In this document: one piece after another, positions 51,078 through 61,945 of the stretch | Layout: the number at the start of each line of letters is the position of its first letter | Numbering within the stretch: the stretch's first letter is position 1 | Assembly (NCBI RefSeq): GCF_009834535.1 | Contig: NC_045696.1 | Coordinates: 82,214,001 to 82,278,000 of the forward strand | Direction of reading: 5' to 3' | Length of the DNA: 64,000 nucleotides | Source: Camelus ferus | Taxonomy: Eukaryota | Notes under the pieces: generated by a model | The model's database searches: none | What the model was told of the DNA's origin: nothing | The model's input: the letters and a program-made list of their open reading frames with translations, nothing else | Program-made: the position numbers and the translations under genes

Positions 51078-51723
51078 GCCTTCTCCCTGCTGATGAGATC
51101 CCCCTAAAGCAGCCTTGCTTATGGACAGAACGTGGGCTGTAGGGTCAAGCTCACACTTGTTCATTCTCTCCTCAAAGAATAAAGCTTTCCTTTGCTTTTG
51201 AACCTAACTCAGTCTCATTCTATTGGCTCAGTCAGCACTAGGCAGGAGGACCCTTGCTGGGGCCCTACTTGAAAGGATCAGTAACATATTCACACAAAGA
51301 CTTATTCACAAATGTACGTAGTCAAAACCTGGAAACAACCTAATGGCCATCCATGAGTGAGTGAATAAACAGGTTTTACTGATTCTATACAATAGAATAC
51401 TTCTCAGCAATAAAAATGGGCAAACCAACGATAAGTGCAACAGGTAAATCTCAAAATAATGTGAAAGAGTACATACTGTATAATTTCATTTATGTAAAAC
51501 TCTAGAAAATGCAAACTAATCTATAGTGAACAGAAAACAGGTTAGTATTTGAGGAGTGAAGGAGTCGGGGTGAATTAATTAGAAAAGGGCACGAGGAAAC
51601 TTCAGGGAGATAATGAATATGTTTATTATCTTGTGATGCTTTCACGGGTATGTCCATGGGTCAAAATTCATCAGATCATGTGCTCTAAATATGTGCAGTT
51701 TATTGTGATAAAATATACCTTAG

Positions 51724-51862
51724 GGTGGGCAGGTACAGCCCAGTGGTAGAGTGCATCCTTAGCATGCACCAGGTACTGGATTTGATCCCCAGTACCTCCA
51801 TTAAAGTAAATAAATAAATAAATATACCTAATTACCTATTCCCCCCTCCACAAAAAAGAATG
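51724..51862 (+). mobile_element. tRNA-derived SINE (same family as 24.9 kb)
   Basis: tacagcccagtggtagag A box, ggatttgatcccca B box; 14-bp TSD aaaatataccttag at 51710-51723 and 51863-51876. Confidence 0.9.
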
Positions 51863-52099
51863 AAAATATACCTTAGTATAACTGGGGAAGGAAAAAGAAA
51901 AGAAAATTGTATATATTCAAAACAAAGGGGTTAAAGCACCCATAATAAGCTAATAGAAAAACTGAAATTTTTGAATATCCAAATACAGTTGAATATGCAT
52001 GCAAATACAGCATGATACCAAATAAGGCAAAAATTATTTGCATTTAGTTTTTATTTTGCACTTTCCCTTCCTTGCTTCCATATCCAAACTAAGTATGTT

Positions 52100-52607
52100 T
52101 GTAGGGGAAGAAAAATCTTTCCTTCTACCCTTCTGTGTTCTCAGCTGGGGCTCCTGCAACAAAGACAGATAAGTAAGGGAAGAACAAACAGAAGTTTGTT
52201 AACATGTAAATCTTGTAAATGCATGGGAGAAACTTGGGGAAAGAGAAATAACAATTAAAAAAGGTGGCTTAGAACTCCTGCTTATATAGCATCTTCAACA
52301 AAAAACCAATAAATCTGTAGAAAATGACAAGACAAAGAAAGCAGTTTTAGGCTTCCAAGGGCGGCAGACTACATGGGAAGAAACTAATGGAGCTAAGGTC
52401 TGCTTGCAGATTCCTCAAGTGCTGTCCCTGGGCTAGTAAGAGTTGAGAATCATCTCCAGTAAACAAGAATTTGTATCCTACCTTTAGGCAGAAAAGGTGG
52501 ACAGGAGAGAAAGCTTTTCTTCTGTTTGCTGCTTCTTAATTGCCTTCAGCTCAAAATAATTTTGGCAAAGAAGCATGTTTGGGGGTCACACATTCTGGTT
52601 TCCTCCC
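52100..52607. mobile_element. Solo ERV-type LTR
   Basis: tgtaggggaagaaaaat...ttgccttcagctcaaaataat...cattctggtttcc pattern typical of ERV1 LTRs. Confidence 0.65.
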
Positions 52608-52836
52608 CCTTAGTTGTAGGAATTATTTCCTTTAATTGCTTTCTTGAGTCACTTCATATTTACTTATTGAATTAAACTGGGTTTTTCTTTCCTTAAGGGG
52701 AGATGAGAAAAAGCTTGATTGGTGTGTAAGTGTGTGTGCGCAGCGTGCGTGGGGGCACACTCTTCGAGGTGGGACACGTGGAAATGTGGCTAGTAAGTAG
52801 CAGGGATATCTCAGTTCAAAGTTGTTTCTCTTACAC

Positions 52837-53290
52837 CAGTGATTCTCAAACTTTTCTGGCGTCAGGATCCATTTTGCTCTTAAAATATATTGGGTACCGT
52901 AAAAAAACACTTGTTCTAATGGGAATGTATGTCAATATTTATTGTGTTAGAAATTAAAACAGAATTTAAAAAGTATTTATAAATTCATTTAAAAAATAAT
53001 AAACCCATTGCATGTTAATAGAAGTAACATATTTTTATTAAAAAAATTCATTTTCAAAAACATTTAGTGAGAAGAATGTCATTGTTTTGCATTTTTATCA
53101 ATCTCTGTAATGTCTGGCTTGGAAAAAGACAGCTGGATTCTCCTGCTTCTTCATTTAATCTCTTGTGACATCACATGTCCTGTAGCCTCTGGAAAACTCC
53201 ACATGTCAAGTACAGTCATGAGAGTATGGGAGTAAACAAGGCAAATAACATCTTAGCATTGTTAGAGTGAGAACTGTTTGTACTTCAAGG
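52837..53290. mobile_element. hAT/Charlie-type DNA transposon fragment
   Basis: cagtgattctcaaactt terminal motif; tagtgagaagaatgtcattgttttgcattttt Charlie1-like internal text. Confidence 0.65.
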
Positions 53291-54528
53291 ATCTTAGTGA
53301 GAGAGGGCTTTTATCTGCCCCAAATCTCTTCTCTGGGAGAGATCTTCAGCCCATGTCAGTAGGACCAGACTCAAGTCACAGCATGCACCTGACACACTAC
53401 CCTGTTTTACAAGAGTACCATTGAAAGAGAGTCAACAACCCTCCCTGTTTTACAGACTATTTACCCGATAAAACAACTGGAGCTTCAGTAATGCTGGGGA
53501 AAAAGGATATGAGGCCAAAGATTACAAGGAATGTTTATATATCTAATTAACATTTGTCCCCAAAGCCTTAAGAATATATTTAAAACTGGATTTTAAAAAA
53601 CTTTTATTAAGGACAAATTACTCTGAAAATTGACCCCAAAACACTAGGTGTCACATTAGCAATCAAGGGAATAGTCCCCTGACCACGTTTTTCTTGAATT
53701 AACATCAAAGTTTCCACTGTTTTCCTAGACAACAGCAGCTAATCATTAAGGGTTCGTTTAGGGCAGAACATGGTCTTCATTCAGTCATGCCCAAAACAGT
53801 GCGTTAATTTCATGTAATTATGTGCAGAAACCCGGTATTGTGTGTAAACGATACTGTTTCTCACCACAGAGTTTGGGAACTGGTGGTAATTGCAGTCCAG
53901 AAAAGGTCTAGCTTCATTTAATAGAACACATAAAGCCTATTTAAGGAACGAAAAAGTCAGTAGGTTTTGTTTGTGCATTGGTTCTTGAGGTTAATTACAT
54001 ACTTTCTCAGTGAGGGAAGAAAATACGTTAAAAACCAGAGCTAAATCCCAATGGTAAAATCCCTCCTTTCCCACACTCCAGGAGTTCTTTCACGTTGTTT
54101 CTGTTTCCGTTTAATCATGTTTACTATCACCCTGTCAGTGTAGTGCAGAAGATATGTGATTCATAGGTATGGAATGCTCTTCTTGAGGGCTTTACTGGAA
54201 CTAGTGGTACCCAAGAAGGGGGAGAGGAGAGTCAAGGAGCTTGTTGTCTAAATTTAGAGCAAAGTAACAATATGCCCTGTGGGGATCCAATAAATAAATA
54301 CTGCAAAAGAACCTACAAAAATATAAGTTGTTTTATTATCAACAAATGTTTATTGAAGACCCACTATGTGTTCCATCAGCAGTTATCATCAAAGTGCGCT
54401 GTGCTGGGCAATGTGCACTATATACCAAGGTATGAGGTGCCCTTCTGTGCTGGAGTTTTACACTCTAGTTGCAGAGATAAGCACACAAGGTAATATTAGA
54501 TCAGAACAGAGATGCAGCAGATACAGTA

Positions 54529-54569
54529 TTTATTATTATTATTATTATTATATTGCATTATTATTATCA
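54529..54569 (+). repeat. (TTA)n microsatellite
   Basis: tattattattattattattatta... Confidence 0.9.
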
Positions 54570-54624
54570 TATTAGATCAGAGCAGAAGTGTGGCAAAATA
54601 TTCAAAAGCCTGAGAGATCCCTTC

Positions 54625-54977
54625 TGCTCTAGGCTGAATGTTTGTGTCCCCCCAGAATTCATAGGTTGAAACTGAATTCCCAGTGTGATAGTATTTGGAG
54701 GTGGGGAGTTTGGGAGGTGATTAGGTTCTGAGGGTGGAGCTCTCATGAATGGGATTAGTGCCCTTTGAAAAGAGACCCCCAAGAGCTCCCTCACCCCTTC
54801 TGCCATTTGAGGACATAGTGAGATCCAGATGGCTGTCTCCGAACCCGGGAGCAGGCCCTCACCAGACATTGAATCTGCTGGTACCTTGATTTTGGACTCC
54901 CCAGCCTGTAGAACTGACAAATGAATTTCTGTGTTTATAAGACACCCAGGCAATAGTATTCTGTTAGAGCAGCCCAA
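54625..54977 (+). mobile_element. MaLR LTR (MLT1A-like)
   Basis: ctgaatgtttgtgtccccccagaattcata.gttgaaac...ctgttagagcagcccaaac. Confidence 0.85.
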
Positions 54978-55571
54978 ACCTCCAGTCAGGGGTTGCCCCA
55001 GGCAGCTTTGTGGATCTGGTGTGACCTGAATACTCAAGGTCTGGAAGAGTATGGTCCATGGAGTATTATTAAAGCCAAAATTATTATTGACAATTTCCTG
55101 GCCCAAAACTAGGTTTGTGCTTATGTTAAATGTCTTAAATACCTAGTAGTATAAATTTCTGTATACTATCCCCTACCAGCCCCCAAGATTTAAAGAAGGA
55201 GAGAACCAAAGAATTTCCACTGTGAAATTTAACAAGTTAAAGTGTAAACGATTCATAAACATAAGGATTTTATTTCCCTTCAGAGTCTCCAGCCCGAGGA
55301 GAAGTTATGTGTCTGGTGCAGTTTGCTGTTTGTCACAGGAAGCATGTTAAGGCTAGGAGTGAGGTTGGGGAGACCATTTGACCAGGGTCCTGGCACGGTC
55401 TTCTCTTTCCCGCATGTTGAGCTGATTGCTGTCAAGAACACTTTTTGCTATTGAGCAAATTTATGGTCATTCCATTTAGTTTGATTAAATAACTTTCTTT
55501 GGGGAAAATATTAGACATTGTTAATTAGATGTTTCTCTAGAAAAGTCTAAAGGAATCAATTCCATTTGGTG

Positions 55572-56140
55572 TTGTGTAGTAAAGAGTCTAACTTTTACTG
55601 CAAAAAGAGGCTTGGCCTTGTCCTCAGCTTCCTGGCAGGAGAGTTTTTGTTAGCCTGGGGGTCCTGGGCCAGCAGATAGTCACCAATGATGTAGGGTGGG
55701 GGGTTTGAGGCTGTATCAGTGGACCTCCTGAAGGGCTGGAACCTTTACCCACTAGATAAAGACTGGGCCCCTAGGCTTGGGCAAATACCTACCTAGGCTT
55801 GGCTTCCTTGGTTGGGGACACTCAATGCATTTTGTCACATATCAGTGCCAAGAAAGTGACAGTGTCATGACTCCATGGAGAGAGGAAACAGAAATTCTGC
55901 CTTCCGTACTCTCTTGAACTCTGCCCTGTATATTTTGTTCTCTGCCTGAATCTAATCTGTATCCTTTAGCTGTATTAAAGCATAATCATAACAGCTTTCA
56001 GTCAGTTCTGTGAGTTCTCCTGGCAAATTATCAAACCTAAGTATGGTCTGAACCTCTGAACTTGCAACTGATGTCAGAAAGGAGGCAGTCTCTTGTGTGT
56101 TCTGCTTCTTCTAACTTTTCAGACAGCTAAACTCTCACAG
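55572..56140. mobile_element. LTR (MER21-like)
   Basis: ggcaaattatcaaacct, gaacttgcaactgatgtcagaa, cttggttggggacactc motifs. Confidence 0.65.
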
Positions 56141-56501
56141 GTATAAAGGCACATGTGTATGGCTTGCAAAAGTCCCCACCAGCTCAGCTTTACTGCCTGA
56201 AGTCTATCAGCCCTGGCCTAACCTCATAAAATGCAGGTAGAATATTCCTACCAATATTTTGGTCAGGAGAAATCACATCGAAAGGAAGATTAAGGGCAGT
56301 TTGGGAAAAGAGGACACATACACAGACAAAGATGTCCATCAAAACATTTACCTGAAGAGTGAATAGAGGACTGACTACATAAACCATGATATTCCATAGA
56401 GTCAATGTTATTTTAAAGATTGGATAGATATTTACATCCTAACATGAAAAGATCTCCAAAATAGTTTATTAAATTATAAAAGCAAAATACAAAGAATTAG
56501 C

Positions 56502-57215
56502 TTTTTTTAAATTGAAGTATGGTCAGTTTATAATATTATGTCAATTTCTGGTGTGCAACATGTTTCAGTCATACATATACGTATATATATTTGTTTTCAT
56601 ATTCTTTTTCATTATAGGTTACTATAAGATATTGAATATAGTTCCCCATGCTGTACAGTAGAAACTTACTTATCTAGTTAGTATCTTCAAATCTAGAACT
56701 CCCAATTTATCCCTCCCTACACCATTTCCCTCCAGTAACCGTAAGTTTATTTTCTGTCTGTGAGTCTGTTTCTGTTTTGTAAATAAAAGTTCATTTGCCT
56801 TTTTTTTTTTAGATTTCACATATGAGTGGTATCATATGGTATTTTTCTTTCCCTTTCTGGCTTACTTCTCTTAGAATGACTATCTCCAGGTCCATCCATG
56901 TTGCTGCAAATGGCAATATTTTATTCTTTTTTATAGATGAGTAGTATTCCACTGTACAAATATACTACAACTTCTTTATCTAGTCATCTGTCAGTGGACA
57001 TTTAGGTTGTTTCCATGTCTTGGCTATTGTAAATAGTGCTGCTATGAACATTAGGGTGCATGTATTTTTTCCAATTAGAGTTCCCTCCAGATATATTCCC
57101 AGGAGTGGGATTGCTGGGTCATATGGTAAGTCTATTTTTAGTTTTTTGAGGAATCTCCATACTATCTTCCATAATGGCTGTGCCAAACTACATTCCCACC
57201 AGCAGTGTAGGAGGG
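56502..57215 (-). mobile_element. 5'-truncated LINE-1, related to the 43.5-kb copy
   Basis: ORF 56980..57186 ([29 protein letters not shown]); 3'UTR similar to the 43.5-kb L1; near-TSD ttagc(c)ttttt on both sides. Confidence 0.9.
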
Positions 57216-60200
57216 TTAGCCTTTTTAAATTTTTACTTTTTTATTAGTAACCCTAAAGCAAAGGAGTAAATGTTTAATGAAGAAGTAAAGAAGTTTAAAC
57301 AGTTTTCTTTGGTTGGGGATGTGTGCTAACTTGGGCATGCGGACTTGCTTATCTGGGGACCCGGAACTGTGAAACAGAAAAGGAAGAAAAGCCAGTCCAG
57401 AGTGTGTTAAAGAGGAAGCTACTCCCACAGTCCATGGTGGTTCACTCCCCTCTGAGGACCCCCTGAGAAAATGTAGAACACCTTCCCAATTGTCAGCCCA
57501 AGGGACAGGAGAGGGGAGCACGTATCTGCTGCACACTCCCAAGTTCCCCTTGGCTGGCCAGAGTTTGTCCACAGGTGTGAACTCCCTGGCACTTCCAGGC
57601 TTGTGGCCACAGTAGAGTGTCTGGGCAGCTCCCTCCAGCATCCCTCCAGGTGGTGGCAGGGCAGAGAAGCAGGGCTTCTCTGTCAAGTTAGGGCTGCACA
57701 TGCCTGGCTCTCACAGCTATGCCTGGAGCAAACTGTGGGCTTAGAGGATGCCAGTTCACAAAGATCTCTGACATGGAGTAGGATTCTGGAATTAATCCAA
57801 ATGCTGGACTTCCTAGAAGATGTAGAATTTCTGGAATCCCAGGTGCAATTGTGACCTGGGAAGACTCAAAGTCATACCTAAGATGACTGGATCAAGGGGA
57901 GGTCACCGTCGGGCTCAGTGCCCTGCTTTCAGTATTTCTCCCCGCCACTCTGGCAGCATCTCCTCCACATCCACTGACAGTGGGTGCGCTCTCCTCCACA
58001 GCTGTTGCAGATCTTGTTCCTCCTTTTCCTCTCCCAGACTCTCCCTAGAGAAGCCCAGGCCTAGGAGGAAGACCCACACCCCATCCCCGCAAGCCTAGCT
58101 CACCTTCCACACCCTCCAGAGACCCTGACTGCCGCACCACTTAAGTGGAAGGCTCTTGTCTCTGAAATTCTTTCATTGCCCGACTACCGATTCTGTATTT
58201 AAACATACACAGCTATGAATTTAGGTAATATTTTGGGGGTTATATCTTTTACATCTTGTATCTTCAGCTGGAGAGTTAGTTCTTTGAGGACAAGTCATGA
58301 ATTGTGTTTCTTTGAACCTATCAATACCAGGTAGAGGAATTATGGGTAACATATTCAATAAATCCATGGTTGATTGTTGATGCAGCCCCATTCTGCAAAA
58401 CTCCCAAGAGCAGCTAGTTTCAAGGCAAATGAATGAGAACAACAGAACATCCAGGGTTCACGTGTAACAAAGGGACTAAATCTGCTTGTCCTCATTAAGG
58501 CAGTGAATAGATGATGAGCCAGCTTGAGTAAGCAAATTCCGCTATTGACCTAAAGTTCATTTTTGCAGGGAGATTTCTGGTAAAGTCCTAAGCTTAGGAC
58601 TGCCAAGATAAGACTAGCCAGTAGAGAACACGACAATAAAACTGAAATGGGGGAAATATGCCTTAGAACAAAGAATACAATGTACTTGCTTTATGAAGTA
58701 AAACTCAAGTCATGAGTTATAGAACAACCAATACTTTCTCCATCCTAACCTTAATGTTCAGATCCACTTCTTGGGTAGAGGGTGGCAGCAGACCAGTATT
58801 TGCAGCCTCCTCCCCTTCCTCGATCACCTCTGTGAATGTAGGTGGCCGTGTGACTTGCTTTGGTCAATGAAATGTTCATGGAAGTGACGCATGTCATTCT
58901 CCAGCAGAAGTGTTTAAGAACTGGTGGCCAAGTCCCCAAGCTGTCTTCCTTTGCTGCAACAATCATGGGATCAGGTATTCAGATAGAGATGCAGCATAGC
59001 TGGAGCAGGAAGATGGAGTGCATTCACTGAAGCCACACTTACTGAGCACCAGGCATGTGCAAAGCACTGTTAGACACTGGGAATATGCCAGCGCACACAG
59101 CAGTCTCTGCTCTCTGGATTTTCCTGTCTACAAAGCAGGCATTTATTTTTGATTTATATAAATCAGCATTTAACTCTGGCTGTGACTCATATTACAAAGG
59201 GAGATAGAACATGTCAGGAGAGCACATTACATGGACATCCTGAGGTCTAAAGGGAGGGTTGATTACCAACAAGCAGGAGTTACCAGTTAAAGAATATTCC
59301 CAACTGGGGTCCTGAGGGAGAGAAGGGAGTTGTGAATCTGAAGAAGAGAAGGCCAGCTTGATTAGACAAGAGAAAGTGAGGGCAGAGTCCACCAGGCTCA
59401 TGAAACACGTAGAAACCACATTGTATGGGCCTTGTGGGCTTTGTTAAAGATTTCAGTCTCTCACTCTAAAACTTATTTGGGTATTCTTGAAACAATTAAG
59501 GGGTCGTGTATGACCCTCCTACCATATTTTTCCTTACTCCAGCAAGCCTCGTGAAGTGGCAAGAGTTCTTTCTTGCTGAGATGGATTTAAGCACGTTGAG
59601 AGACTGAGCAGGTAACCCTGCCATGAGGTCCGTGAGTAGTGTCTCCCACTCCTCCAGTGGCTACCACTACCTTCTGCCATCCCACAGTATTGGGCGAGAT
59701 TCTTCAGAAGAGACCAGGATCTGCTCTGGCTAGATCGGAAGAAAAGGATTTGTTATAGGTACTGAGTCTCTTATGGAATCATGGAGAAATGGATTCTGAG
59801 CTGGATTACCAGGAAGACCCCAAAGCCACCCCATATTGCTGAGCCACCAAGAAATCTGCTTCCCTGTCACAATGAGCCCTCTGCCTGTTGCAACTGGAAG
59901 CAGATGCTGCAACTGCTGACTCAAAACAACACAAATCAGGAAATTGGATGTCACATGACCTGCCTCTTCCCCCACATACCTCGGTTGCAAATTCAAGGCT
60001 TGCACAGACAGAATGGATCAGCAGAACTTAAATCACATCCAGAACCTAGCTTCAGGGGCGGCTGGGAAAAAGTGTTTGAAGTCTGTAGTCTCTGCAGTAG
60101 GGAAAACCTGCTGGAAGGGGATTGAAAGAGATACTGAGCATATAATTCATGATGTTCATCACACCACATATCAAAAGAATCCAAGTGAGTTGTCTGCTTT

Positions 60201-61494
60201 CAAAAGTCTTCCAATTCTCACTTCAGCTCTTTGAAACTGAGAGAGGTGATTAGGCAGGCATCCTGACCCTGGCTGATTAATAACAAGGGAAAGAAAGTGC
60301 CGGGCTATTAAAAAAAGTTTGTTTCTTTTACTCCGCAGCTGGCTCCTTGGTTCCAAGGACACAGCCGTACAACAGGACGTTTTGTGTTCCACAACTGCTG
60401 CATCAATCCCAAGGACAGACCTCAGTATCTCGTCCTTTGTTCTCTGTTTTCTCTGCCGAAGTTTCTGTTTTAGGGCTGAACTCCATGGGAGGAAAGAGCC
60501 AGTGATAGAAGGTGATTGGCGCCACCGGAATGAAGATTAACAATGGTAGAATCTCCCAATAGAAGACCCAGCAGACTGACTAGGGGCTAGAGCTGTCTCG
60601 GCCAGCTACCTGGCTGATATCTTCCCGCTCGAGTGTTTTCTTGTTGTGCTTCCCCACCCCGCTTCTCTCTCTGAGTAATAAAGCAGCCTTCTTTTCCACT
60701 CTGTCCCTCTGCCTCTATTGAGAATTCTTTCTCAGTTGGCAGACAAGGATCCACACATCTTGGTGGGGGTGCTTGCCCACCCATTTGGTGGGCTTTCCAA
60801 TTCGGGGGTCTCTCTATCCACTAACAAAACCCTATCCTTATCTAAAGTGCCACTTTCCTTGTCTAGTGCTAGATCTTCCCATGAGCATCCAATTAGCCCT
60901 AACGGTTGAAAATGTTGGAGTAAATATCAGCTACCCAGTAGTCCTGGTGGTGATGCTGATCATGATGACATCAGAATCTAACATTTATTGAGTTCTTGAT
61001 ATGTGATGGGCTCTATTATAAGCATTATCTCACCTAATCGTCACAAAATACTCTGCATTATATATTATTATTATTACTTCTATTTTACAGAAGAAGAGAC
61101 TGAGACTTACAGGTTACAGATGTCCAGGATCATGTGACAAAGAAGTAGCTGAGAGAAACCTAAATACAGTAAGTAAGATGTTGCTCAGGCAACAACTCTT
61201 ATTCTTTTGTCTACTATTAACCTCTGTATTTCTGAATAATACACTTATACTGGTTTTTCAATTTTAGATATTAGCTATTGTCTTTCTGGTAGGGCAGATG
61301 AGAATTTATTTCTATAAATCTCTACAAATTTCCCCTTTCCACAGCCCTTTAATACGGCTATTCCAGAGTTTTGTTTAATATGACATTTACTGTTTTATTG
61401 TTATGGCTATGTAAAAACTGTTCACAGCTTCACCATAAAGTATGCCAAAAATGTCTATACATTTTTTTCTGTAGTTAATAATAGCTTCATTTTT

Positions 61495-61945
61495 TAATAA
61501 CAGCTTTATTGAGACAAAATTCACATAAACTATAATTCACTCATTTGTTGTGTACAATTCATTGGTTTTCAGTAGATTCACAAAGTTGTGCCACCTTCAC
61601 TACAAACAATTTTAGGATCTTTTAATCACATCAGAAAGAAACCTCTTATCCTTTAACTATCACCTTCCACACTCCCGCTTTTCCTTGCCCCTCTTAGCCT
61701 TAAAGCAATCATTAGTCTACTTTCTATATATATTTGCCTATTTGGGCTATTTAATACAAATGGAAATTTATACATGGTCTTTGGTGTCTGGCTTCCTGCA
61801 CTTGGCATAATATTTTCAAGGTTCATCAATGTTCTAGCATATGTTAAGTACTTTTTTTAGGACCAAATAATATTCCATTGTATGAAATCACATTTTGTTG
61901 ATCCATCCATCAATTGAAGGACATTTGGATTGTATTTACCTTTTG
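61495..61945 (-). mobile_element. Old LINE-1 3' fragment
   Basis: aacagctttattgagac...ttcaaggttcatcaatgtt...ggacatttggattg L1M-type text. Confidence 0.75.

Larger units (their letters stand above)
47699..51286 (+). mobile_element. Internally deleted endogenous retrovirus with 5' LTR (47699-48242) and 3' LTR (50729-51286)
   Basis: Both LTRs start tgtcac, end gtaaca and share caaagaataaagctttcctttgctt.tgaacc.aactc.gtctcattctattgg; PBS-like tctggcaaccctgatggga after the 5' LTR, purine tract before the 3' LTR, env-TM-like hydrophobic remnant ~49915-50035; inserted into an old L1 (47420-47698 / 51287-51720). Confidence 0.85.
26101..56351 (-). pseudogene. Candidate unitary pseudogene: large multi-exon PDI/thioredoxin-fold ER protein relic
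   Basis: Exon-like segments, most with AG..GT ends (some donors uncertain): 56351-56223, 55536-~55375, 54194-54003, 53936-53865, 53724-53622, 45076-44898, 43106-~42940, 42789-42621, ~40749-40400, 37993-37948, 37588-~37440, 37356-37213, 37083-37029, 36888-36844, 32488-32421, 32301-32195, 32025-31849, 31698-31621, 30998-~30910, 30843-30761, 30627-29602, 27229-27113, 26163-26101. Translations show a signal peptide, PDI-like motifs and NDEL, with many stops and frameshifts. Confidence 0.6.

Noticed and set aside
54567..55106. 179-aa minus-strand ORF
   Set aside because: Mostly the antisense of an MLT1A-like LTR
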